Virus record (IMG/VR): IMGVR_UViG_3300025523_000001
Direction: 5' to 3' (one strand)
Length of the DNA: 40,529 nt
From: a virus
Below are positions 5,826 through 13,629 of the stretch, in pieces. How positions within the stretch are numbered: the stretch's first letter is position 1; every line of letters starts with the position of its first letter. The position numbers and the translations under genes were made by a program. The notes beneath the pieces were generated by a model, which saw nothing but the letters and a program-made list of their open reading frames with translations, was not told the DNA's origin and did not search any database.

Positions 5826-6144
5826 ATACAAACTGGTACCATTCGTAAACAACGCCGCAGCATTAACCGAAACGGAAAAATCTTCTTTAATGCGTAACTT
5901 TGTCGAGTATTCGGACGAAATGAGCGAGTATAGAAGCGGTTTTTTAAGTGGTATTAAAGTCGCACTTACAATTCTCGGCTATGAAGTTGTGGAAGAAGAT
6001 ACAGAAAAAACGGATCCAGCCCCTGCGGCAACAGAGGCTGAACAGTCTTCAACAATTGTAAATGGTGAGAATGAAACTGTGCTAAAAGTTGGCAATAGCA
6101 AAGTTGTAATCAATAAAACTGGCATCTATGCGACTAAAGAATAA
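5818..6144 (+). CDS. Hypothetical protein, 108 aa
   Basis: AAAGGAGG SD. No recognisable motif. Confidence 0.7.
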   Translation: MPKYKLVPFVNNAAALTETEKSSLMRNFVEYSDEMSEYRSGFLSGIKVALTILGYEVVEEDTEKTDPAPAATEAEQSSTIVNGENETVLKVGNSKVVINKTGIYATKE

Positions 6145-6388
6145 CATCGTATGTGCCATCTCCGTTATCTCTTAACGGTTTGTTAGTTCGAAAAACCATG
6201 TCATGTGCTGACTGTTCAATGTAAACGATAAAATTCTGCGGATAGATTGATAATCGTTTAATGAAAGAGTCTTTTTGCTCGATAATGATATTTTGAATTT
6301 CCGAAAAATCTTTCACAAATGGAGTCAAGATTTCAAAGTTACCTGTAACCTGTCTATATTCGTACGAGAGATTTATAACGTTATCCAT
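6134..6388 (-). CDS. Hypothetical protein, 84 aa, encoded antisense within the early operon
   Basis: AGAAGGTG SD precedes ATG 6388. Its 3' end overlaps the convergent 5818..6144 gene by 11 nt. Confidence 0.6.
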   Translation of the reverse strand: MDNVINLSYEYRQVTGNFEILTPFVKDFSEIQNIIIEQKDSFIKRLSIYPQNFIVYIEQSAHDMVFRTNKPLRDNGDGTYDVIL

Positions 6389-6411
6389 ATTTTCACCTTC
6401 TTTCTAAAAAG

Positions 6412-6429
6412 ATTGTCCGGCCAGACAAT
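6412..6429. terminator. Hairpin ATTGTC-cggcca-GACAAT flanked by an A-run and a T-run
   Basis: The minus-strand tail is CTTTTTAG and the plus-strand tail is TCCATTTT. The hairpin lies between the 84-aa gene start and the next plus-strand ORF. Confidence 0.4.
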
Positions 6430-6471
6430 TCCATTTTAGCAGAGAAGGCGATAAAGAAAGGAGAATTTTAA

Positions 6472-6573
6472 ATGAAAATTAAAGCCGGCGCCTGGACGAG
6501 GCTTACGCCGGAGCAAAAAGCGATTTTGCTTATGGCGTATGCCCGGGACTTGAAAGGGGGTGAACACAGATGA
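6472..6573 (+). CDS. Small hypothetical protein, 33 aa (below the ORF-track length cutoff)
   Basis: AAAGGAG SD precedes ATG 6472. Translation is MKIKAGAWTRLTPEQKAILLMAYARDLKGGEHR. Its stop overlaps the next start as ATGA. Confidence 0.5.
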   Translation: MKIKAGAWTRLTPEQKAILLMAYARDLKGGEHR

Positions 6574-6794
6574 CGAACGAACAGAAGCTTGAAATCGTAA
6601 AAAAGGCGCTCGAGAAAGGCGCTACAATCAGGATTTCTCTTCATGATCCCAAAACACAACATGAGGCGGCCGAAGCAATCCGGGAAGTATGCGGATGTAA
6701 TGGGAAGTACGGTCGCGGCGAAGAGGCACACTGGGTTGAAGTGAAGGAAGAAGATTTTTATGTCACAGCTTTTTTTGAGGAGGAAACGAAATGA
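6570..6794 (+). CDS. Hypothetical protein, 74 aa
   Basis: AAGGGGGTG SD and translational coupling on both sides. Confidence 0.7.
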   Translation: MTNEQKLEIVKKALEKGATIRISLHDPKTQHEAAEAIREVCGCNGKYGRGEEAHWVEVKEEDFYVTAFFEEETK

Positions 6795-7003
6795 TCGAGC
6801 ATCCAGACATTCGCCGGGCGATCCGCACAGGTTACCCGGATCGCGAGCCTAAATTTTATGGCTTTGATTTTTTTGGAAATGAAGTTTCCGAAGGCGAAGA
6901 AATCATGACTCTCGATGATGATTTTTTTCTCAAGGAAGAACTATCCCGCGATGCAATTGCGATCCTTCATTATATGGGAGCGAAAAGCGAGATTGCAAAA
7001 TAA
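6791..7003 (+). CDS. Hypothetical protein, 70 aa
   Basis: GAGGAGG SD and an ATGA overlap with the upstream gene. Confidence 0.7.
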   Translation: MIEHPDIRRAIRTGYPDREPKFYGFDFFGNEVSEGEEIMTLDDDFFLKEELSRDAIAILHYMGAKSEIAK

Positions 7004-7089
7004 AATGCCCCTGCTGGAACAGGAGCAAAGAAAGTAAACTTTGATGATAGTTTACAACAGTCAAATAAATTTTGAAAGGGGAACAGACA

Positions 7090-7650
7090 ATGAACGAACT
7101 CCAGCAAGCCGAATTACAAGAATGGGAAGAACAGCCGGCGGAAGAACGGCAACACTTTGAAATAACGAATCTGGAAAGCCTGACCTGGGCATTCCGCAAA
7201 CTTGCGGCTTATAAGGCAAAAGAAGCGGAGATTGCAAAGATTGCACAGCAGGAACGGCAACGGATCGACGACTGGGAAGCGGAGCAAAAGAAATCCATCC
7301 AGGGTGATATGGAATTTTTCGAAAACCTGATCCAGCGGTACCATGCCAAGCAGCTGGAAGAAAACCCAAAGGCAAAGACACTGTCTACGCCGTTTGGAAA
7401 GTCGAAAAGTCGGACAAGCAAGCCAGCGCCGGAAAAACAGGACGAAAATCAGTTGCTTGAATATGTTGTAGAAAACGGTCTGGACGAGTTTATAAAAAAA
7501 TCGGTTAAATGGGGAGATCTGAAAAAGAATTTGAAAATAGCAGAAGTTGATGGGAAAGCGGTTGTTGTCGATACGTCAACAGGTATGTACGTTCCAGGGG
7601 TTGCAATTAAGCCGGAACAAACATCCTTTACCATCGAGGTGAGTGAATAA
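7090..7650 (+). CDS. Coiled-coil protein, Mu Gam-like host-nuclease inhibitor or Sipho_Gp157-like
   Basis: GAAAGGGG lies 9 nt before ATG 7090. An N-terminal coiled coil is followed by PFGKSKSR...LDEFIKKSVKWGDLKKNL, which fits the Gam-like pattern. The gene sits next to a putative annealing protein. Confidence 0.45.
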   Translation: MNELQQAELQEWEEQPAEERQHFEITNLESLTWAFRKLAAYKAKEAEIAKIAQQERQRIDDWEAEQKKSIQGDMEFFENLIQRYHAKQLEENPKAKTLSTPFGKSKSRTSKPAPEKQDENQLLEYVVENGLDEFIKKSVKWGDLKKNLKIAEVDGKAVVVDTSTGMYVPGVAIKPEQTSFTIEVSE

Positions 7651-8207
7651 TGGCTCAACAGCAAGCTAACAGAAAAGAAGCATTAAAAGACTATGTGGAA
7701 GTAAATGTTCGAGTAGAAAAATTTTGGGAAAAATATCCGGACGGCAGGATTGAAACAGAAATTATTAGCTGGGAAAACGGCGTTATCGTTATGAAAGCAA
7801 GCATCTATAAAAATCTGACAGACAATATTCCAAGTGCAAACGGATTTGCTTATGAAAAGGAAGGCAGCACGTTCATAAACAAAACCTCTGCTCTTGAAAA
7901 TTGTGAAACATCAGCGGTTGGGCGTGCTTTAGCATTAATGGGATTTGAAATCAAAAAAAGTATCGCCAGCAAGGAAGAAGTGGAAAATGCAAAGTTACAA
8001 CAAAATGAAATGGTAACGCCGGAACAGATTGGTGAGATAAAAACAAAAGCCCTGCAATTCGCGCAGGCACGCAACCAGCCGCCGGAAAAAGTCTATGAAG
8101 CTTTAAAAATCACGAAATTTGAAGAACTGACCAGCAGGCAAGCAACAGAAGCCATTAAGAAGTTGGACAAGTGGCTAAAAGCGGCAACGGAGAAACAGGG
8201 AGCATAG
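7650..8207 (+). CDS. Putative single-strand annealing protein (Rad52/Sak-like superfamily), uncertain
   Basis: The helix motif NCETSAVGRALALMGF and the gene's position after the Gam-like gene suggest this call. The assignment is by memory of motifs only. Confidence 0.35.
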   Translation: MAQQQANRKEALKDYVEVNVRVEKFWEKYPDGRIETEIISWENGVIVMKASIYKNLTDNIPSANGFAYEKEGSTFINKTSALENCETSAVGRALALMGFEIKKSIASKEEVENAKLQQNEMVTPEQIGEIKTKALQFAQARNQPPEKVYEALKITKFEELTSRQATEAIKKLDKWLKAATEKQGA

Positions 8208-8220
8208 AAGGTGAAAAAAT

Positions 8221-8721
8221 ATGCACAGAAACTATTATGCTATCATTCCGGCGAATGTGCGGTACGACAAAGATTTAAACCCGGGTGCAAAGCTGCTGTA
8301 TGGCGAGATTGTGGCGATTTGTAATAGAAAAGGATATTGTCGGGAAACTAATAATCATTTTTCAAAGCTATATGGCGTCAGCATAAAATCAGTATATAAG
8401 TGGATGAATCAGTTAGTCAATCGAGGTTATATAACACTCGTAGACGAAAAAGACATTGTCGAAAAGTTGAAAAGTAAAAACATGAAAGGGCTTGGGTTTG
8501 GAGATGAAATATGCGAATGGTGCGGCGTTCATACAAGCGTTTTGCATAAACATCATTACCCAATACCAAAGTCAAAAGGCGGAACAAAAGTGGTTAATAT
8601 TTGTCCAAACTGTCACCACGAATTTCATTTCCACAAAAAGCAAATAAAGATTAATCTACCAGAAAAAGAATTGAAATCTTTATTGAAAGTTAGGAGTGAA
8701 AAAAATGCAGAGGGCATTTAA
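8221..8721 (+). CDS. Fusion of a winged-HTH domain (paralogous to the N-terminus of the next gene) with an HNH endonuclease domain
   Basis: The N-terminal YYAIIPANVRYDKDLNPGAKLLYGEIVAI...SVYKWMNQLVNRGYITL is wHTH-like. The C-terminal CEWCG...HKHHYPIPKSKGG...NICPNCHHEFH is HNH with two CxxC pairs. Confidence 0.75.
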   Translation: MHRNYYAIIPANVRYDKDLNPGAKLLYGEIVAICNRKGYCRETNNHFSKLYGVSIKSVYKWMNQLVNRGYITLVDEKDIVEKLKSKNMKGLGFGDEICEWCGVHTSVLHKHHYPIPKSKGGTKVVNICPNCHHEFHFHKKQIKINLPEKELKSLLKVRSEKNAEGI

Positions 8722-9400
8722 AGGAGTGTGGATACCTAAAGAAATCTGGTTGAATAAAAATCTAAGCTTAGTGGAAAAGGTGCTGCTGGTTGAAATCGAC
8801 AGTTTAGACAATGGTGATGGATGTTGGGCAAGTAATGGCTATTTCGCGGAATTTTTCGGATTAAGCAAAAACAGAATAAGCATTTTAATAAGTAGTTTGG
8901 AAAAGAAAGGCTTTATTACGACAGAGATTAAATACAAAAAAGGAAGCCGACAAATCGAGAAACGTATCATCAAAAACAGATATGCCTATTTGCGAAAACA
9001 CAAAGGGGGTATTTGTGAAAACGAATATACCCCTATATGCGAAAACGCAAAAGATAATAATACATCTATTAATAATACAAATAATATACCTTATGTTGAG
9101 ATAGTCACCTATCTCAACGATGCGGCCCATAAAAATTTCCGCCCAAATACAAAAGCTACACAAAGACTTATTAAAGCAAGGTGGAATGAAGGTTTTAGGT
9201 TAAAAGATTTTCAGACTGTTATAGACAAAAAAACAGCTGAATGGCTGCATGATACGAAAATGAATCAATATCTTAGACCAGAAACATTGTTCGGAACAAA
9301 ATTTGAAAGCTATCTAAATCAAGATTATGTTACTGGCGACTCAAATACTCCTACCCGCCCGAAAGAATTTGAATACGACATCAATGCTGGTGAGGATTAA
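8705..9400 (+). CDS. Replisome organizer / DnaD-like replication initiation protein (wHTH N-terminus plus conserved phage C-terminus)
   Basis: TAGGAG SD precedes ATG 8705. The N-terminal is WIPKEIWLNKNLSLVEKVLLVEIDSL...ISILISSLEKKGFIT. The C-terminal IVTYLNDAAHKNFRPNTKATQRLIKARWNEGFRLKDFQTVIDKK...LRPETLFG is typical of DnaD/phage replication C-terminal domains. Confidence 0.75.
   Translation: MQRAFKGVWIPKEIWLNKNLSLVEKVLLVEIDSLDNGDGCWASNGYFAEFFGLSKNRISILISSLEKKGFITTEIKYKKGSRQIEKRIIKNRYAYLRKHKGGICENEYTPICENAKDNNTSINNTNNIPYVEIVTYLNDAAHKNFRPNTKATQRLIKARWNEGFRLKDFQTVIDKKTAEWLHDTKMNQYLRPETLFGTKFESYLNQDYVTGDSNTPTRPKEFEYDINAGED
8987..9118. promoter_or_regulatory. Candidate replication origin inside the organizer gene: 3 iterons, an AT-rich stretch and a perfect 10-bp inverted repeat
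   Basis: Iterons TAT(T/A)TG(C/T)GAAAAC(A/G) start at 8987, 9010 and 9034. An AT-rich stretch covers 9049-9090. GTTGAGATAG (9095-9104) and CTATCTCAAC (9109-9118) form the inverted repeat. Confidence 0.55.
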
Positions 9401-10635
9401 TGTTAGCCGAAAAAGCACTCTTAGGAAGCTTTCTGAAAGAAAACTATCTGATCGCGGATACGGCAGTTAAGCCGGATCAGTTTCAAGACGATAGAAACCG
9501 ATGCTTATTCAACATCATGAAGGATTTACATAGTAAAGGAAAAAGCGTCGACGTCATAACATTAACCACTTTAGCGGATCCCGAAACATTCGGTGGCGTG
9601 TCGTATCTAAATGAAATAGAAAGCTATGCTAACCCGGAAAAATACGAAGAATACGAACAGCTTGTCATAGAGGCATGGAAGAACCGTGAGAAAACAAACA
9701 TCCTAACGGTTGCACGCGAAGAAGATTGGGATATTAGAAAAGTAATATCCAGCCTGGACGCCATAAACGAGCAGCAAATAGACGATTATACGCCTATAAC
9801 GGATGCCCTGGTAAAGATGTATGAAGCACCATGGCAAGAAGAAAAAGAGAAAAAAGGCGTAACAACAGGACTTACCAACCTAAACAAAATGACAAACGGT
9901 TTTCAAGATGGTGAGTTGACAATTATAGCGGCTAGGCCGAGCATGGGCAAAACGGACGTAATGCTGCACTTTGCAAAGCAGGCTGGATGGTCCGGGAACT
10001 TGCCGATTATATTTTCGCTCGAGATGTCAAAAGAAAGCATAACCAATAGACTAATAGCTTCTACGGGCCGTATAAACCGTCTGAAGATGAATAATCTGTC
10101 CGCCTTAACCGATGCCCAGAAAAAAAATTGGCCGGCTATTATCGGCAAAGTAGGAGATACAAACATCCAAATATTCGATAAGGCTGGACAAACAATCGCG
10201 GAGATGCGGGCAAAAATAAGGAAACTAATGCACAAGTTTCCCGACAGAAAGCCAATTATCTTTATTGACTATTTAACGCTTATCCGGCCGGAACAGTTTT
10301 ACGGCGGGAATGCACATCAACAGGTTACGGAAATCTCGAAAAATCTTAAAAACATGGCAAAAGAATTTAACATACCGGTTATCTGTTTAGCACAGCTATC
10401 CCGGGCGGTTGAAACCAGGAACAACAAACGACCAATGATGAGCGATATTCGGGAGTCTGGGAGCGTAGAACAGGACGCTGATTTAATCATATTTCTTTAC
10501 CGCGAAAAGTATTACAAGAAGGAAATTAATGACGATACGCTCGAGATCATATTGGCAAAACAAAGAAATGGCCCTGTCGGTACAGTTTTAGCACGATACA
10601 ACGAGTTTACGGGGGTGATCGCAGATGAAGGTTAG
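9400..10635 (+). CDS. dnaB: DnaB-like replicative DNA helicase
   Basis: Walker A is ARPSMGKTD and Walker B is IIFIDYLTLI. LAQLSRAVETRNNKRPMMSDIRESGSVEQDADLIIFLYRE is the canonical DnaB C-terminal motif. Confidence 0.93.
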   Translation: MLAEKALLGSFLKENYLIADTAVKPDQFQDDRNRCLFNIMKDLHSKGKSVDVITLTTLADPETFGGVSYLNEIESYANPEKYEEYEQLVIEAWKNREKTNILTVAREEDWDIRKVISSLDAINEQQIDDYTPITDALVKMYEAPWQEEKEKKGVTTGLTNLNKMTNGFQDGELTIIAARPSMGKTDVMLHFAKQAGWSGNLPIIFSLEMSKESITNRLIASTGRINRLKMNNLSALTDAQKKNWPAIIGKVGDTNIQIFDKAGQTIAEMRAKIRKLMHKFPDRKPIIFIDYLTLIRPEQFYGGNAHQQVTEISKNLKNMAKEFNIPVICLAQLSRAVETRNNKRPMMSDIRESGSVEQDADLIIFLYREKYYKKEINDDTLEIILAKQRNGPVGTVLARYNEFTGVIADEG

Positions 10636-11062
10636 GGATGTATACCAGGATGCGATCCGTTATGAAGAACCATTTATGGCCCATTACATTCATTGCCTGC
10701 TGTCTGACGGAAAAATCAATTTGGATGACGACGCGAGTAAGATTTTCCGGGCAGAAATTGATCAGGAAAAATTCCGGCAGTCTTATGAAAAGAACATCTT
10801 GGGAGTTAACAAGGTGAAAATATACTCGCTAAAGTTAAACAAAAACCAATTTGCTTTTATTTTCGCCGAAACCAAACAGGATGCCATGATGTTTTTTCGG
10901 TCCAAGTTTAACCGTGATCCGGTAAATTGTTATGAATATGATATTGATTTTGGCCTTTTGCGCGGGAAAGAATACGTGACATTCCGGAGCCTACGCAAAG
11001 AGCACAATAAATTCCCATCCCTGGCGTTTATTTATGAAAGGAATATGGCCTATGGAATTTAA
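10625..11062 (+). CDS. Hypothetical protein, 145 aa
   Basis: GGGGGTG SD. No recognisable motif. Confidence 0.7.
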   Translation: MKVRDVYQDAIRYEEPFMAHYIHCLLSDGKINLDDDASKIFRAEIDQEKFRQSYEKNILGVNKVKIYSLKLNKNQFAFIFAETKQDAMMFFRSKFNRDPVNCYEYDIDFGLLRGKEYVTFRSLRKEHNKFPSLAFIYERNMAYGI

Positions 11063-11558
11063 ATACAGGCCATATCCAAAAGAGCGACAGCTTGGGAAAA
11101 AGCCGCGGAAAGGACGCAAAAAGAAAGACGAAACAATAAAGGGCCGGCGGGTCCCGATGGCGTCGGTGCGCGGGAAAATCACAAAGGAACAGTATAACCA
11201 GGCTTTACAAAAACACGGTGCATCTTGTTTTATATGCGGAACGACCGAAAACCTGGAAGCGCACCATGTACGCTTTAAATCTGCCGGCGGCCGCGGGAGA
11301 TGGCGAAACATACGGTTTTTGTGCGCGGAGCATCACCGCGGGAAATACAGCCCGCACCAAAATGAGCAGCTGCGAAAAGAGTTGGAAAAACTGCACGAAA
11401 AGCTATATGGCCCATGGTTTTGGGCAGACAAATATGATCTATTCAAAGCCGGCCTGATCCCGAATACAACGGATGAAGAATTTGAAAAATTTATGGAGGG
11501 AGAAGAGAAACATGATGAACAGAACAATTTTAGTGGGAAGATTAACAGCCGATCCTGA
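11034..11558 (+). CDS. HNH-type nuclease (phage HNHc-like); the start may be ATG 11052
   Basis: [24 protein letters not shown]...LCAEHHRG is the HNH core. Confidence 0.65.
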   Translation: MKGIWPMEFKYRPYPKERQLGKKPRKGRKKKDETIKGRRVPMASVRGKITKEQYNQALQKHGASCFICGTTENLEAHHVRFKSAGGRGRWRNIRFLCAEHHRGKYSPHQNEQLRKELEKLHEKLYGPWFWADKYDLFKAGLIPNTTDEEFEKFMEGEEKHDEQNNFSGKINSRS

Positions 11559-11934
11559 ACTTAAATATACGCAAAACGGGGTGGCAGTTGTGAATTTTAC
11601 CTTGGCTGTTAACCGGCCATTTAAAAACAACGGCGAGCAACAAGCAGATTTTATAAATGTTGTCGCCTGGCGGAAAACGGCGGAAAACGTCGCAAACTAT
11701 TTAAATAAGGGATCGCTTGCAGGCGTGGACGGCCGCATCCAAACGCGAAACTATGAAGGCCAGGATGGGCGACGGGTGTATGTGACGGAAGTTGTTGCCG
11801 ACCAGGTTTCATTCTTAGAGCCAAAACAGCAGGAGCAAAAGAAGAAAGAACCACGGTATACGTCGGACCCGTCGGATCCATTTCAGCCCGGAAGTGAGAC
11901 GATAGATATTAATGAGGAGGATCTGCCATTCTGA
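11512..11934 (+). CDS. ssb: Single-stranded DNA-binding protein
   Basis: GGAGGGAG SD. The OB-fold sequence is [34 protein letters not shown]...[18 protein letters not shown]. The acidic tail ends EEDLPF. Confidence 0.93.
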   Translation: MMNRTILVGRLTADPELKYTQNGVAVVNFTLAVNRPFKNNGEQQADFINVVAWRKTAENVANYLNKGSLAGVDGRIQTRNYEGQDGRRVYVTEVVADQVSFLEPKQQEQKKKEPRYTSDPSDPFQPGSETIDINEEDLPF

Positions 11935-11948
11935 TGATGGATAGGGAA

Positions 11949-12068
11949 ATGATGTGCTTTCAAATTGAGATGTTGACTAATTACAACCGCGAGTTTTTAG
12001 AAAACTTGTCGGATGAAGAACTGAAAGAATTATATCGGGAGAAGGTAGAAAAGATTGACGAAGTATAA
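11949..12068 (+). CDS. Small hypothetical protein, ~39 aa (start uncertain; ATG 11934 also possible)
   Basis: The ORF MMCFQIEMLTNYNREFLENLSDEELKELYREKVEKIDEV is open. Its initiation region, GATAGGGAAATGATGTGCTT, is repeated at 13296. Confidence 0.35.
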   Translation: MMCFQIEMLTNYNREFLENLSDEELKELYREKVEKIDEV

Positions 12069-12459
12069 TGCCCATAGGACGTCCGTAGATGGGGTAAATT
12101 TCGATTCTAAGCTTGAAGCCGACTATTTCATCATGCTTGAAGAAAAACGGCGCACAGGGAAAATACGGGCGTTTGAGAGGCAACCGGTATTTTTACTGCA
12201 AGATAGCTTCAAAAAGAATGGCAAGACTTTCAGGAAAATAGAGTACCGGGCGGATTTTAAGATTATCCACAATGACGGGACAATTGAAATCGTGGACGTA
12301 AAAGGCTATGAAACGCCGGAATTTAGGCTAAAACGAAAGTTATTTGAAAAGCGTTATCCATACACATTAACCGTTGTAAAGTATGTAAAAAAATATGGCG
12401 GATGGATCACAATGGATGAATATAAAAAGAGAAAGCGAGATGAAAAACGTGGCAAGTGA
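12055..12459 (+). CDS. DUF1064-family protein (RecU-like nuclease fold predicted for this family)
   Basis: KYNAHRTSVDGVNFDSKLEADYFIMLEE...YRADFKIIHNDGTIEIVDVKGYETPEFRLKRKLFEKRYP matches the DUF1064 signature. The start codon is TTG. Confidence 0.75.
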   Translation: MTKYNAHRTSVDGVNFDSKLEADYFIMLEEKRRTGKIRAFERQPVFLLQDSFKKNGKTFRKIEYRADFKIIHNDGTIEIVDVKGYETPEFRLKRKLFEKRYPYTLTVVKYVKKYGGWITMDEYKKRKRDEKRGK

Positions 12460-12700
12460 AATCCAGATTTTAGACCAGGAAATCGGAACATTTACGTGCC
12501 CGAGTTGCGGAAGTTATGCGTATCACTTCAATGGAATTTTTACAAACGATACTTTTAAAAATCAGAAAATCCTAATCGCAGTAAAATGCGAAAGCTGTGG
12601 TGCCAGGTTTGGCAGTATGCAAAGTTTTGGGAATGGAACAGATATTTTAGAATCTGTGTTGATCCGATACATTGGAAATAATTGGGAAAGATTACTATGA
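12440..12700 (+). CDS. Small zinc-ribbon protein (CPSC...CESC)
   Basis: ATG 12440 follows AGAGAAAGCGAG. Two CxxC pairs are present. Confidence 0.6.
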   Translation: MKNVASEIQILDQEIGTFTCPSCGSYAYHFNGIFTNDTFKNQKILIAVKCESCGARFGSMQSFGNGTDILESVLIRYIGNNWERLL

Positions 12701-13107
12701 ATCGAACCGAAAAACTTTCGCAACTATATAAGCAGGCGAATGAGTTAAACGAAGAACTACCAAAAGAATTAATGGACAAGCTTTCCCTCTATGGTCAGGT
12801 ACTGGAGATCATTGGCGGTCTCCACGCCGAATCCGTAAAAGCCTGGAAGCTGGCAGAAGCCAAAAGGCGGGAAACAATCGCAAGCGCCATTGTTTACGGC
12901 GCTGAGTTGGATGGTGTGGCGTACAAAACAGCCAAAGAAAAAGAAGCAGCTGCGGAAGTGATCGGTGCAGAAGCAAGACGAAATGAAGCACTGGCGGAAG
13001 CAGAAGCGCAAAGATGGAGAAATGCCTACACCAGCACGCTGGAAATGATCCAGATTTTAAAAAGGAAATATGAGCACATGAAAGAGGTAGCAAAAGGTGG
13101 AATTTGA
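12697..13107 (+). CDS. Hypothetical coiled-coil protein, 136 aa
   Basis: ATGA overlap with the upstream stop. The sequence is Ala/Glu-rich and helical. Confidence 0.65.
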   Translation: MNRTEKLSQLYKQANELNEELPKELMDKLSLYGQVLEIIGGLHAESVKAWKLAEAKRRETIASAIVYGAELDGVAYKTAKEKEAAAEVIGAEARRNEALAEAEAQRWRNAYTSTLEMIQILKRKYEHMKEVAKGGI

Positions 13108-13270
13108 ACGGAAGAAAGACGAACTAAAAGAAAAATTGCTGAAGATGGGATATTTTAAGCATCCGGATGGTCGGCAGCTGTATGAGCTATCTTTAAGCGA
13201 ATTGGAAAAAGCGTACAAAACTATAAAAAGAGGTGATGCCTTTGAACAACAAAGTAATTTTGGCAGATGA
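13097..13270 (+). CDS. Small basic protein resembling the Fur-regulated basic protein (FbpA-like) family, 57 aa
   Basis: AAGAGGT lies 9 nt before GTG 13097. KLLKMGYFKHPDGRQLYELSLSELEKAY matches my memory of the family's LYELSLSELE signature. The ORF is below the track cutoff. Confidence 0.45.
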   Translation: MEFERKKDELKEKLLKMGYFKHPDGRQLYELSLSELEKAYKTIKRGDAFEQQSNFGR

Positions 13271-13304
13271 TCGCAAGCCGTGGATGATAAAGGAAGATAG
13301 GGAA

Positions 13305-13412
13305 ATGGTGTGCTTGACACGCTGTTCCCTGTATAAAGTTTGCGCCAGCCGGCACGGGATGGATTGCAAAAGGCTGGGCGGAAGCGAAATACCGAAAGTG
13401 AGGGCGAAATGA
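13305..13412 (+). CDS. Small Cys-rich hypothetical protein, 35 aa (could extend to ATG 13236)
   Basis: AAAGGAAG lies 8 nt before ATG 13305. Translation is MVCLTRCSLYKVCASRHGMDCKRLGGSEIPKVRAK. Confidence 0.4.
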   Translation: MVCLTRCSLYKVCASRHGMDCKRLGGSEIPKVRAK

Positions 13413-13413
13413 T

Positions 13414-13629
13414 ATGTATCCGGTAACGATACACAGACGGACGGAAAAAGAAATACAGCAAGCTGTGGAGGATTTACAGAAACGCGGATTTGAACTGATT
13501 TCCCCTATTACGAACATGGGCGAATGGCGGAAGGATTTTGAATACACGTCTGACGGAAGAAGAAGATTTGCCGGCGTTAAGATGGTTAACCAATGGACAG
13601 CAAAAATGATGAAGGCGGTGAAAAAATGA
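13414..13629 (+). CDS. Hypothetical protein, 71 aa
   Basis: ORF with coupled neighbours. No recognisable motif. Confidence 0.6.
   Translation: MYPVTIHRRTEKEIQQAVEDLQKRGFELISPITNMGEWRKDFEYTSDGRRRFAGVKMVNQWTAKMMKAVKK

Noticed and set aside
7034-7055. Hairpin GTAAACT-ttgatgat-AGTTTAC upstream of the Gam-like gene, considered as a terminator
   Set aside because: It has no U-tail on either strand. It may be a binding site or may have arisen by chance, and there was not enough evidence to call it.
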